A stretch of DNA of 64,000 nucleotides from a virus. The DNA lies in the IMG/VR virus record IMGVR_UViG_3300042197_004918, positions 96,001-160,000 of that record; one strand, given 5' to 3'. This document shows, in pieces, positions 37,764 to 47,013 of the stretch (positions are counted from its first letter, which is position 1; the number at the start of each line of letters is the position of its first letter). Below the pieces are notes generated by a model. It saw only the letters and a list, made by a program, of their open reading frames with translations, ran no database searches and was not told the DNA's origin. A program made the translations under genes and the position numbers.

Positions 37764-38015
37764 GTGGAAGATAAAGACATCAAACAATTAGGTGTATATC
37801 TCGACTTGTGTGGAGAACGTGAGTTTTTATTAAGTGCGGTCTGGTTATCTTTCAGATACAAGGAAATTCATCCAGAGTGGAACGTCAATCAGTGTTTTGA
37901 ACAAGCAATTTGGGATGTTATGGTGAGTGAAGCCAAGCGTGAAACTAAACTCGATTTAAGGTCAACTGTGGAGAAGATAAACCAAATCCAAAGCTTGTGT
38001 TCCACCAAAAAGTAG
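37764..38015 (+). CDS. hypothetical protein
   Basis: ORF after TATTTAT. Confidence 0.5.
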   Translation: MEDKDIKQLGVYLDLCGEREFLLSAVWLSFRYKEIHPEWNVNQCFEQAIWDVMVSEAKRETKLDLRSTVEKINQIQSLCSTKK

Positions 38016-38051
38016 GTTGACAAGTATTATAATTACACGTATGATCTCTAC

Positions 38052-38558
38052 GTGCAGACATTTCTACCATACTCGGATTTTTCAAAATCAGCAAATTGTT
38101 TAGATGACCGCCGGCTTGGAAAGCAGAGAGTAGAGGGTTATCAAATTCTAAAATCTCTAAGCATCGGCCCGTATCAACGTTTCCACAAAGATGCTTGGGT
38201 AGCTTGTGACGAGAGAACGTATAATTCGTTAAAATCATTGAAAGTCAAGAAGTTGGTTAGAAAAACTCCTTGGTATAATCATCCAGCCACAAAAATGTGG
38301 GCGGGGTCTGAGGGTTCTCTAAAAGAATACACAGTTACCGTATGTTCAGTTTGGACCAGCCGTGGATTCAAGGATACGATTACCGATAAACTCAATAGTG
38401 TCCCGAATTCTTCTATAAAGAGTAAAACTCCAAGTTGGATTGGCGATGAGTCGTTCCACGCTGCCCATCGTTCTAATTTGTTAAGAAAAAACAAAGTATG
38501 GTATTCTAAGTTTAATTGGAAAGAATCGGACGATTTACCTTATGTCTGGCCAAAGTAA
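38052..38558 (+). CDS. pyrimidine-dimer DNA glycosylase (DenV-like)
   Basis: MQTFLPY..LD..RLGKQRVE..Q, WYNHPA.KMW, H..HRSNLLRK, YVWP. Confidence 0.85.
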   Translation: MQTFLPYSDFSKSANCLDDRRLGKQRVEGYQILKSLSIGPYQRFHKDAWVACDERTYNSLKSLKVKKLVRKTPWYNHPATKMWAGSEGSLKEYTVTVCSVWTSRGFKDTITDKLNSVPNSSIKSKTPSWIGDESFHAAHRSNLLRKNKVWYSKFNWKESDDLPYVWPK

Positions 38559-38621
38559 GATTCTGAAAGAAAAGGCTAGACGAAACGGATTTCAGTGGTA
38601 TAGTTATTTTGTAGTGAGAAT

Positions 38622-38701
38622 GGTTCCGTAGCCAAGATGAAATAAGGCGTCTGTTCCGCAAGGACAGAAAATCGGTGGTTTAATTCCATCCGGGACCTCC
38701 A
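38622..38701 (+). tRNA. tRNA-Cys-like with aberrant 9-nt (GCAA-tetraloop-forming) anticodon loop
   Basis: U73-CCA; TCTGT-TCCGCAAGG-ACAGA; D loop lacks GG. Confidence 0.55.
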
Positions 38702-38704
38702 GTC

Positions 38705-38779
38705 GGGCAGGTCGTCTAGTGCTTAGGATATTCCCCTTCGCGGGGAAAGACGAAGGTTCAAATCCTTCCCTGCCCACCA
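38705..38779 (+). tRNA. atypical tRNA, anticodon TCG (Arg?)
   Basis: Loop CTTCGCG, Glu/Asp-like D arm, CCA. Confidence 0.55.
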
Positions 38780-38783
38780 GTAT

Positions 38784-39041
38784 ATGAAAACAAAACTGTA
38801 GAATTGTAAAGAAGTCGTGTTTCACTTCAACAAGGGTCACCTGGCCAATCCAGAGATTCCTATGTGGGTGTTAAAAACAAAAGGCGAAAGCTACTATGTG
38901 AATCACGTCACCGCGAGTTGTTCTTGGACAACCAAGGAAACTCCCGACAATCCTACAACCAAAGGTTCTTTGAAGTTTAAGAACGTGGATGTGGAAATCA
39001 GTGAAGATAGAGAAGCGACAATTTTTGCGTCTGTAGTTTAA
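38784..39041 (+). CDS. conserved phage protein with in-frame TAG at codon 6 (MKTKL*NCKEVVFHFNK...)
   Basis: ATG 38784, TAG 38799-801, then open to TAA 39039-41 inside the suppressor tRNA. Confidence 0.6.
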
Positions 39042-39101
39042 TGGTCAGAACTGGCGCCTCTAAAACGCCGTGTGTGGGTTCGACTCCCATTGGACGCACC
39101 A
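39027..39101 (+). tRNA. amber suppressor tRNA (CTA)
   Basis: GGCGC-CTCTAAA-ACGCC anticodon arm, canonical D/T arms, A73-CCA. Confidence 0.78.
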
Positions 39102-39343
39102 TGTTTGAAAAAATTAACGAACTGTTTAGTGCTTTGGAGAAAGAGTTCCCATATTCAACTATGGGAGTAGATTTTAAGGGACGCCATGCCATAACGAGGG
39201 AGAGAGATGGAGTATTAGTTGTCTCTGTTTGGTCCAAGGGTTCAGTCTATCCAATAGGCGTTGACCCTAAAGATTTTGAAGATATTAACAAGTTTGTGGC
39301 CGATTCGAGAGTGATAGTGGATGGATGGAAGAAATCTGGTTGA
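39101..39343 (+). CDS. hypothetical protein starting at the tRNA CCA
   Basis: CCA-TG junction; MFEKINELF..., 80 aa. Confidence 0.6.
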   Translation: MFEKINELFSALEKEFPYSTMGVDFKGRHAITRERDGVLVVSVWSKGSVYPIGVDPKDFEDINKFVADSRVIVDGWKKSG

Positions 39344-39367
39344 CGGAATCGGAAAGTCTGATATAGT
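39340..39367 (+). promoter_or_regulatory. sigma70-type promoter of the large ncRNA
   Basis: TTGACG-16-TATAGT. Confidence 0.6.
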
Positions 39368-39393
39368 TATTTCAAGGTTAGTTGAGTGAACAC

Positions 39394-40354
39394 GAAAGAC
39401 CTTAGATTAAAAACTCAACTGTATGATTGATACACAAATTAATCCGTTTACTGGTGACGATAGTGCGGTAAGACCGATGTGGGGTTGATTTAATCCACGT
39501 AGTTTTGAGGTGACTTATCATCCTCACGTTTTGTTGATTGTTCTTTGTAAGTAGAATTTGGGAGGCCTGACTCCCTTCAAGATAAACCGTCGTAAGACGG
39601 CTAAAGCAGAAACCCCCTAACGGGACTGCGCCACAGTAATGTGGACACTCAGGCAACTGACGAATCAGTGTCTTTCACTCAAAAGGTGGAAGTATGTCTG
39701 AAGCTGGATTGGTAAATGGTGATTGAGGGTAACACTGTAAATCATCTACTAACGGTACCGCCGAGCACTACTAATTCCTAACGGAACAGCCAAGAATAAG
39801 ATTCAAGTCAAACGTATAGATACAAGTCCGCAAGCAAGTGTTTATATGTAGAATGATAGAGAGTGGCCCAGGGTAACCGAGGACATAATCTTGAAATTCG
39901 GTGAAGTATCCGCAAGAGAAACACAAATGGTGTGTGGTATATTGGTTCCCAAAAGGAATTGATGTCACAAGCAACGCACGTCATTGTTAGGTGCATATTA
40001 TATCATTGTTAGATAAACTATATACAAAAAAGCCAAGTCGTTGCTTGTGTTCGTCGAAAAGAACGTAACTCTGAGGCCGTAAGGTAACTCAGACAACGAA
40101 GCGCTCGCAAGGTGTTAGTTGTTGATCCGAGTTTGGACGTGGTCCGCAAGACCTAATTGCTCGCAAGGCAACCGTTTGAATAGAGGTTGATTAGATGGAC
40201 ATTAAAGATGAAAAGCCGCATCTCTAAAAAGGCCGTTCTGTCAAATACAGACATAAACCGTAAGGTTGTGGATGTGGATACGTTGGGAAAGCAGCCCGCA
40301 AGGTTGTAATAATCCAATCAAAGGTTGACACGAAACACTGTAGTCTCAGGTTTC
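39394..40354 (+). ncRNA. large (~960-nt) ncRNA, probably GOLLD
   Basis: No credible ORF; many GCAA/GTAA-tetraloop hairpins; 3' GGGAAA..ATAATCCAATCAAAGG..TGTAGTCTCAG resembles the GOLLD 3' domain as I recall it; tRNA-adjacent. Confidence 0.6.
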
Positions 40355-40359
40355 ATTTT

Positions 40360-40448
40360 GGATGGGTGGCGGAGCCCGGTTTATCGCGCTAGTCTTGAAA
40401 ACTAGAGAGGCCTAAAAACCTCCGTAGGTTCAAATCCTACCTCATCCG
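40360..40448 (+). tRNA. tRNA-Ser(TGA)
   Basis: Loop CTTGAAA, long arm, G73. Confidence 0.92.
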
Positions 40449-40453
40449 CAGTT

Positions 40454-40545
40454 GGAAGTTAGCCAAATATTGGTTTGTTGGAGCTGTTTGCTAAACAGTG
40501 CCGGTGTAAAAGCCGGTGAGGGTTCGATTCCCTTGACTTCCGCCA
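40454..40545 (+). tRNA. tRNA-Ser(GCT)
   Basis: Loop TTGCTAA, long arm, G73, CCA. Confidence 0.88.
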
Positions 40546-40560
40546 TCCCGCAGTAGGCAT

Positions 40561-40594
40561 TCTCCGATGACGTAATTGTTGTCGGAGGATTTTT
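40561..40594 (+). terminator. terminator closing the RNA array
   Basis: TCTCCGATGAC/GTTGTCGGAGGA hairpin followed by TTTTT. Confidence 0.6.
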
Positions 40595-40641
40595 CATGTC
40601 CAAATTGGACGTAATCTTAGTTGTTGTGATATTTATTCTGT

Positions 40642-41010
40642 ATGGAAACCGACTTAAAGGGAATTGTAAAAGAATTTGGTGTATTTATAGTCAAGAAATT
40701 GTCTATCACCAAACCGTTTAAGATAGAGTTGACGAACAACCGGGAAGGTCTTAAAACCTATGCTTATTACGACCCAAAGACCGGATTGGTTAGGGTGTAT
40801 AAAGGAAATCGTTCCAAAGCAGATATTCTCCGTTCCATTGCACACGAGATGGTTCACCACCAACAGAACCAAAATGGTAAGCTCACACAAGACCCCAAAA
40901 ATCCTATTCCCGACATCGGCGGCGAAATCGAAGACGAGGCCAATGCAGTTGCTGGTCAGTTAATCAAAGAATTCAGTTACGCTCACGAAGATTTCAAGTT
41001 GTATGATTAA
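40642..41010 (+). CDS. zincin-like metallopeptidase
   Basis: SIAHEMVH..Q...EDEA. Confidence 0.7.
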   Translation: METDLKGIVKEFGVFIVKKLSITKPFKIELTNNREGLKTYAYYDPKTGLVRVYKGNRSKADILRSIAHEMVHHQQNQNGKLTQDPKNPIPDIGGEIEDEANAVAGQLIKEFSYAHEDFKLYD

Positions 41011-42049
41011 GCTGGTAGAACAACTTCTATCAGAGTCCTTGTTGACCGAGATTAGTGAGAACACCTCTCTCTATCACCGGAGCTATAAGAAAATGGAGCC
41101 GGGCGAGATAATCAAACCACACATAGCGGATGGAGGACTCTCATATAAATTCTCCGAATTAGCTTTGGAAGAAGAACGAAAACTTACCGCACCTAATGCA
41201 CCTAGTAGACTCAACTGTGTTTTCAGTAGTTTAATACCGAGAAGTCGATTTGTTGACAAGGGGTATCTATACCGAATTAAACCGATTGGGAAAATATTCC
41301 TAGCAGACAGCACTCTGATAGACGTTATCACCGAAAAATTTGAACGTGAGTATTACGACCGCATTGGTAGATATGACCAACAAGAACGTAAGCACTATGA
41401 AGAAGATTTCAAGAAAAAACCATCAATGCTTCTACAGTTCCTTCCATACGATGCGAATTATTATTGGAAGGGTTACGTTCCTGAATTTTCAAAACACGGA
41501 AAACAAGCTCTAAGGGATATTGAAGTTTTGAGCGACAGTGCCAAGGTTTTAGAAGTTGTCCAAGAATCCGAGAAATCTACACCTTTTGTGGTCGGAGATA
41601 TTGTGGAAGTTACCGAACCAAAAAAGATTCGTGCGTCGTTGACGATTTACTTCAACTCGAAATATGAAAAAAAGGACGAACCGAAGGCCAATCTATCCAC
41701 CGACGAAATGGCAGATTTGTTGCATAAAATAAAGAACCAAGTTTTTGACGGGGTTGACCCAGAACCATCGAAGTATTCCGACAGCACCTACGATTTCTTA
41801 GGTCATCTTAAAAAAGGAGCCCGTCTAAGGGTAATCAATTTAGCCAGCAGCATTAGAGGCGGCGACGGACGGTCGCAGATAAATACGGGAAGAAAATATG
41901 AGTCTCTAATGTTCGACTTCTTTTTGGATGGTAAAGAAATTCATCGGGGTGCTAAGAAGAACGATAAAAACATAACCCACAGATTTCAAATGTATAGACT
42001 CAACAATGAATCTGTTCCCGATGTAAGCAAATATCTAAAGAAGGTCTGA
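41003..42049 (+). CDS. putative capsid-targeted protein with ADP-ribosyltransferase-like (DUF2441/Arr-like) domain
   Basis: MIKL..LLSE leader; LYHRS..GEIIKP, ALEEER..P..PSRLNCVF, EVL. Confidence 0.55.
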   Translation: MIKLVEQLLSESLLTEISENTSLYHRSYKKMEPGEIIKPHIADGGLSYKFSELALEEERKLTAPNAPSRLNCVFSSLIPRSRFVDKGYLYRIKPIGKIFLADSTLIDVITEKFEREYYDRIGRYDQQERKHYEEDFKKKPSMLLQFLPYDANYYWKGYVPEFSKHGKQALRDIEVLSDSAKVLEVVQESEKSTPFVVGDIVEVTEPKKIRASLTIYFNSKYEKKDEPKANLSTDEMADLLHKIKNQVFDGVDPEPSKYSDSTYDFLGHLKKGARLRVINLASSIRGGDGRSQINTGRKYESLMFDFFLDGKEIHRGAKKNDKNITHRFQMYRLNNESVPDVSKYLKKV

Positions 42050-42316
42050 CAGTCAGATATTTCTTCTAATCTCGACCCGCGATGATTCTTTGAGATATTT
42101 CCACGCTTGGGATTTTAATTGTCTATCCGACAAATCATCGTTCTTGTCAAGAATTCTCACATAAACTGGCTTGTCGTTAATTTCAAAACAAACTTCGTGA
42201 GTGGTGAGTCTTCTAGGGTAATCGTATTCTGAGTATGTCATAAACTCTGACTATACCTCTGAGTTTTTGTTTGTCAATCTACTTGACAGATTCACGATTT
42301 GATTTATGATTCAACC

Positions 42317-42844
42317 ATGCGAATCGAACCTTCTAAAATTTCAAACTGGTCCAAAGCCACGAAAACCAAGCCCGTCAAGGCAAAACCCCTTATCAGTCTC
42401 CTCGTTGATAAATCCATCACAAGTAAATTTCTGGTAGATACCCTTGAGGGAAACGAACCCCTTGGTGCAGGGGTTGTGATTTGTGTAGGTGAAGCCGGCG
42501 ATGTTTGGCAACAATCTCCTAAAAAACTTCTCCAAAAATACAACGTAACCAGTATTGACGACGAAGGGTGGTTGCTTTGTGAACCTAAGCCGGAAAATTT
42601 AGTTGATTGTATCAAGGTTCAGAACTTTTCCGACCTCCCGTTCGCGGTTGCTCCTCCTAGCGATGAAATGTATAAAGCCTACGATTTCTATGTGATAGGT
42701 TTGTGGGGTGCCACTGTCGATGGGTTTGGAAAATGTGTCCAATGGGGGGATAGTGGAGATTATCTATGTCGAAATCAAACCGACCACTCCGACGTATGGA
42801 TTGTAAAGAAAAAAATCTTCGATAATACGTATTCAATTCTATGA
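42317..42844 (+). CDS. PGDYG-like phage protein
   Basis: KTKPVKA, TLEG, GDY, IFDNTY. Confidence 0.55.
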   Translation: MRIEPSKISNWSKATKTKPVKAKPLISLLVDKSITSKFLVDTLEGNEPLGAGVVICVGEAGDVWQQSPKKLLQKYNVTSIDDEGWLLCEPKPENLVDCIKVQNFSDLPFAVAPPSDEMYKAYDFYVIGLWGATVDGFGKCVQWGDSGDYLCRNQTDHSDVWIVKKKIFDNTYSIL

Positions 42845-43338
42845 ATGTAGTTTATTCTGACCAACCTATTGCCGCGTTGGCATTGATTAGTCCATCGGTG
42901 TTTCTGGCAGGCCCCACTCCCAGAGACGCAGAGACTAAATCCTGGAGGCCTGATGCTCTTGATTTGTTTTCAAAACACCCTCTTGCCAGAGACATAAGCA
43001 TTTTTATCCCAGAGAGAAGTTCTAAGGAATATCAGGATAATTATTATGACCAGGTGGAATGGGAAAAGCGGGGGTTGACTTATGCGAGTATAATTTTGTT
43101 TTGGGTTCCTAGAAAGATTGACAAGATGCCTGCATTTACAACGAACGTAGAATTCGGTTTTTACTTGGGCACCAGAACCAACGATGTTTTATATGGTAGA
43201 CCCGATGATTCCGAGAAAAACAAGTATTTGGATTGGTTATATACATCGGAAACTAAACGGAATCCAATCAATACATTGGACGTTCTCATTTCAACTACAA
43301 TGGAAGAACTAATTAAACGATACAAACACAACACATGA
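42841..43338 (+). CDS. nucleoside 2-deoxyribosyltransferase-like protein
   Basis: VFLAGPTPR, SWR, QVEWE, FTTNVEFG. Confidence 0.8.
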   Translation: MNVVYSDQPIAALALISPSVFLAGPTPRDAETKSWRPDALDLFSKHPLARDISIFIPERSSKEYQDNYYDQVEWEKRGLTYASIILFWVPRKIDKMPAFTTNVEFGFYLGTRTNDVLYGRPDDSEKNKYLDWLYTSETKRNPINTLDVLISTTMEELIKRYKHNT

Positions 43339-43940
43339 ATAAATGGATTACTGCCGATTGGCACCTTGGAGAGACGCGGTTTGACATCATGCAACGTCCA
43401 TTTAACGACGTTAATGTCCATTGTGAGACTATCATAAAAAACCACAATGCAGTCGTGGCTAAGGACGATATTGTGTATGTAGTGGGCGACGTTATTTACC
43501 AAAAGTCGGACCCGGAGGTTTATCTTCCAATGGTTTCCAAGATGAACGGCGTCAAGACTCTGATTAGAGGGAATCACGACGCTCCTTTCAGCGAAGAACA
43601 GTTTAAGCCCCATTTCAAAGGTGGAATAATCGGTGACGGTGACGGGGTTCCGCTTCTTATAGATGGCGTCAAGTGTTACGCGACTCATTATCCGTCCGCC
43701 GGCAAGTCAGACGCTTTCAATCTAGTCGGACACATTCACGGTGCATGGAAGGTTCAGTTAAATTGTCTTAATGTAGGGATCGACGTTCACCACTTCTATC
43801 CCGTCCCATTCAGCAACATATCCTTCTACGTCAATGCCATTACTAAATTTTACGATAATGACGTATTCGCTGCATATCTCGATGTAAATTCGACATTCAG
43901 AGAAGCCCGTGGTAAAAAATCATCATACTTGAAAAGATAA
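43335..43940 (+). CDS. calcineurin-like metallophosphoesterase
   Basis: DWHLG, VGD, GNHD, HYP, GHIH. Confidence 0.87.
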   Translation: MNKWITADWHLGETRFDIMQRPFNDVNVHCETIIKNHNAVVAKDDIVYVVGDVIYQKSDPEVYLPMVSKMNGVKTLIRGNHDAPFSEEQFKPHFKGGIIGDGDGVPLLIDGVKCYATHYPSAGKSDAFNLVGHIHGAWKVQLNCLNVGIDVHHFYPVPFSNISFYVNAITKFYDNDVFAAYLDVNSTFREARGKKSSYLKR

Positions 43941-43943
43941 TTT

Positions 43944-44147
43944 ATGAAAAGTGAATCCTCGTGGGAAGACCACAAGCCAGAAGGAAGAAATTTCAAAAAC
44001 AAAGACGTAGATGTGCGTGGATATTCCCCTAAATACGACGCATACTATAATGTGAAGACGGGAGAATGGTTTGAAGAAAATTGTGGACACGAAGACTGTG
44101 AGTTTTGTAAAGATAGGCCGGAAAAACACATAAGGCCAAAGGCTTGA
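43944..44147 (+). CDS. hypothetical protein
   Basis: C..EDCEFC motif. Confidence 0.55.
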   Translation: MKSESSWEDHKPEGRNFKNKDVDVRGYSPKYDAYYNVKTGEWFEENCGHEDCEFCKDRPEKHIRPKA

Positions 44148-44185
44148 CACTTTTGGACTTTTGTCCTATAGTTATTCTCAGACAG

Positions 44186-44245
44186 TAAATCCTGATTTTG
44201 ATAAGGGTTTAGCAGTCAGAAAACATAACAGATTAAGATACGATT
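44186..44245 (+). promoter_or_regulatory. 5'-UTR hairpin shared by both NAD genes (copy 1)
   Basis: AAATCCT-GATTTTGATA-AGGGTTT ... AGATTAAGATA. Confidence 0.5.
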
Positions 44246-45217
44246 ATGAAAGAAAAACAAGCAGATGTTACAGCGTGCGGCGTAATAGTCGCCAGATTCC
44301 AACTCCACGAACTCCACGATGCTCATCGTGATTTAATCCAAAGCGTCATTGATAGACACGAACGGGTTATTATCTTCTTGGGACTTTCGCCCCTAAAAAA
44401 TACCGTCAACAATCCCCTTGAATTCAAACAACGCAAGGCGATGATTGAAGAAGAATTTAAGGGTTGCACCAAAAACATCGAAATTCACTACGTTGACGAT
44501 AATCGTGACGACCACGTTTGGTCGAAGAATCTCGACAAACAATTGGCCAAGTGGTTGAACCCCGGACAGAAGGCAACTCTTTATGGCAGTCGGGACAGTT
44601 TTCTAAAGTGCTACCACGGAAAGTATCCGGTCTGTGAACTCGAATCGGATTATTTCGTTTCGGCCACTGACATTCGGAAGAAAATCATCAACAATTATCC
44701 GCCAACGAAGGATTTTCGTGCTGGTCTGATTGCTGCTACCGGGTTGAAATACCCGACAGCATTTCAAACAGTGGACGTGGCCGTGGTGAACGATAAAGGT
44801 GAAATTCTCCTCGTCAAAAAGCCCGGAGAAGCGCAATGGAGATTCATTGGTGGATTCAGCGACCCCCGTAGTTTGAGTTTGGAAGAGGATGCTCGCCGAG
44901 AGATTCACGAAGAAACGGGAGTTGCTACTGGAGACCCGATTTATCTCGGAAGCACTCTCATTGATGACTGGAGATATAGACGGGAAACGGACAAAATTAA
45001 GACCGCTTTCTTTGTCACAAAATATCTCTATGGGGCACCTCAAGGCGCTGATGATGTTGAGGTTGCTGGGTGGGTTAATCTCGCTGACCTCGTTAAAAAC
45101 CAGAACATTGTTCCGGAACACACGGTTTTGCTCAAAATGTTAATTGATAAATATTTGGGCAACGTTGAACTGTATAAGAAATTCAACGAACGTATGGCCG
45201 ACGGATTAATGCCTTGA
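44246..45217 (+). CDS. nadM: bifunctional NMN adenylyltransferase / Nudix ADP-ribose pyrophosphatase (NadM-Nudix/NatV-like)
   Basis: ARFQ..LHDAH, NPL, SATDIR; Nudix box GG.....ESLEEDARREIHEETG-like. Confidence 0.88.
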   Translation: MKEKQADVTACGVIVARFQLHELHDAHRDLIQSVIDRHERVIIFLGLSPLKNTVNNPLEFKQRKAMIEEEFKGCTKNIEIHYVDDNRDDHVWSKNLDKQLAKWLNPGQKATLYGSRDSFLKCYHGKYPVCELESDYFVSATDIRKKIINNYPPTKDFRAGLIAATGLKYPTAFQTVDVAVVNDKGEILLVKKPGEAQWRFIGGFSDPRSLSLEEDARREIHEETGVATGDPIYLGSTLIDDWRYRRETDKIKTAFFVTKYLYGAPQGADDVEVAGWVNLADLVKNQNIVPEHTVLLKMLIDKYLGNVELYKKFNERMADGLMP

Positions 45218-45245
45218 CTTTCGGTGATGGCGGTGATAACATAAA

Positions 45246-45301
45246 TGTGACCTGATTTAGATGGGTCACGGAAACTAAAATAGAAAGATAAAGATAACTC
45301 T
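45246..45301 (+). promoter_or_regulatory. 5'-UTR hairpin shared by both NAD genes (copy 2)
   Basis: GTGACCT-GATTTAGAT-GGGTCAC ... AGATAAAGATA. Confidence 0.5.
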
Positions 45302-46735
45302 ATGAATGCTAACGAAAATATTATCCTTTTAACGGATAGCTACAAAGTCGGACACCACAATATGTATCCGACAGGCACACAGAATGTTTACAGCTACTTT
45401 GAGAGCCGTAAAGGTGCCAAATTCAACGAAACCGTCTTCTTCGGGCTCCAAGCATACTTGAAAAAGTATTTTGCTGGAGTCGTCGTGACTCAGACCGACA
45501 TTGACAAGGCGGACGAGTTTTGCAAAGAACACTTCCTTGGAATGAATTTCTTTAATCGTGCCATGTGGCAACGTATTGTTGACGTTCACAATGGAAAACT
45601 TCCTCTCCGGATTATGGCTGTCAAAGAAGGAACTCCCGTTCCGGTCGGCAACGTCTTGATGACGGTTGAGGCCACGGACGAGACGATTAACCCTGAGACT
45701 GGTAACGCTTATTTCGCTCCTCTTACAAATGTGTTTGAAACCATCTTGACTCACGTTTGGCACCCAAGCAATGTCGCCACTATCAGTCGGGACATCAAGA
45801 AACACTTGAAGGCTGGTTTCGATAAAACGGTTCCCGACGAATTGGGTTGGTTACTTGACTATATGCTCCACGATTTCGGTTTCCGTGGAGTAAGCTCGGT
45901 TGAATCGGCTGGAATGGGTGGTGCAGGACATTTGGTTAATTTCAAGGGAACAGATACCCTCGTCGCAATCACTTATGCCCGGCGTTATTACAACACAACT
46001 GAAATGGTGGCTCACAGCGTTGCTGCCACGGAACACAGTGTTATGACCGCAGAAGGGCCTGCTGGCGAGTTTAAGGTGGTTGAGAAGTTGATTAAAGACT
46101 ATCCCGCCGGCATCCTTTCGGTTGTCAGCGACAGTTACGACATTGAGAACGCCATCAGACAGTATGGAACTACATACAAAGAGGCTATCCTTGGACGAAA
46201 TGACGGTGCTAAGTTTGTTATTCGTCCGGACAGCCCTCGGTTTGAGGACGATACGCCGGCAGCACAAATTCTATGGATTGCTCAGGAGCTTGAGAAGTAT
46301 TTCGGTGCTACGGTGAACGGTAAAGGATACAAGATGCTTCACCCGAAAGTTGGTATCATCTACGGAGATGGACTCAGCCGAGATGAAATCATCGAAGCAA
46401 TCGACACGCTTATTGTGAATGGATACGCCGCAAGCACTTGTGTCTTCGGTATGGGTGGTGGATTGTTACAGAAACACAATCGGGACACTCAACGAAACGC
46501 TTTCAAGTGTTCGGCTCAGAAGCGTGGAGACAAGTGGGTTGAAATCTTCAAAGACCCAAAGGACAAGACCAAGGCATCGAAACGTGGTCGTCTCGCACTT
46601 GTCTTGGAAAACGGCCAGTATAAGACCGTGTTGGAGAGTGAAGCGAAAGACAATCTCTTGGAAGTCGTTTTTGAGAACGGTGTTTTGACCCGAGATATGA
46701 CGTGGAACGAAGTTCGTAACAACGCAAAAGTATGA
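45302..46735 (+). CDS. nadV: nicotinamide phosphoribosyltransferase
   Basis: TDSYK..H, LHDFGFRG, GTDT, ATEHS, SVVSDSYD, IRPDS, GMGGGLLQK.NRDT, KDP..SKRG. Confidence 0.95.
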   Translation: MNANENIILLTDSYKVGHHNMYPTGTQNVYSYFESRKGAKFNETVFFGLQAYLKKYFAGVVVTQTDIDKADEFCKEHFLGMNFFNRAMWQRIVDVHNGKLPLRIMAVKEGTPVPVGNVLMTVEATDETINPETGNAYFAPLTNVFETILTHVWHPSNVATISRDIKKHLKAGFDKTVPDELGWLLDYMLHDFGFRGVSSVESAGMGGAGHLVNFKGTDTLVAITYARRYYNTTEMVAHSVAATEHSVMTAEGPAGEFKVVEKLIKDYPAGILSVVSDSYDIENAIRQYGTTYKEAILGRNDGAKFVIRPDSPRFEDDTPAAQILWIAQELEKYFGATVNGKGYKMLHPKVGIIYGDGLSRDEIIEAIDTLIVNGYAASTCVFGMGGGLLQKHNRDTQRNAFKCSAQKRGDKWVEIFKDPKDKTKASKRGRLALVLENGQYKTVLESEAKDNLLEVVFENGVLTRDMTWNEVRNNAKV

Positions 46736-47010
46736 AACCAATTACTGCTGAAGAAGCGAGAAAGTTGTCTATGACTTCCAAAGAGTCTTTGGCTTCAAAG
46801 TTTATCATTGACATTTACGCTTCAATTGCTTGTAAAGCTGAACTTGGTCATAATCAATTGTCGTATCCGATAAATAATACAAAAATCGACGAAGTTATCC
46901 TAAGTATAGTCATTTCAAAGTTAAAAGAACTTGGATATAAAGCAGAACACAGTTCTGGAAGTGATTGCCGTGACGGCGATTCTTGGAACAACCTTAACAT
47001 CTCTTGGTGA
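46732..47010 (+). CDS. hypothetical protein
   Basis: ORF ending LGY..ISW. Confidence 0.65.
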   Translation: MKPITAEEARKLSMTSKESLASKFIIDIYASIACKAELGHNQLSYPINNTKIDEVILSIVISKLKELGYKAEHSSGSDCRDGDSWNNLNISW

Positions 47011-47013
47011 ATT

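Noticed and set aside
39402-39996. Minus-strand ORFs within the large ncRNA
   Set aside because: No motifs; the region is dominated by plus-strand RNA hairpins.
28700-40550. CRISPR array
   Set aside because: No regularly spaced identical repeats; the repeats are tRNA paralogues and the two rRNA-mimic cores.
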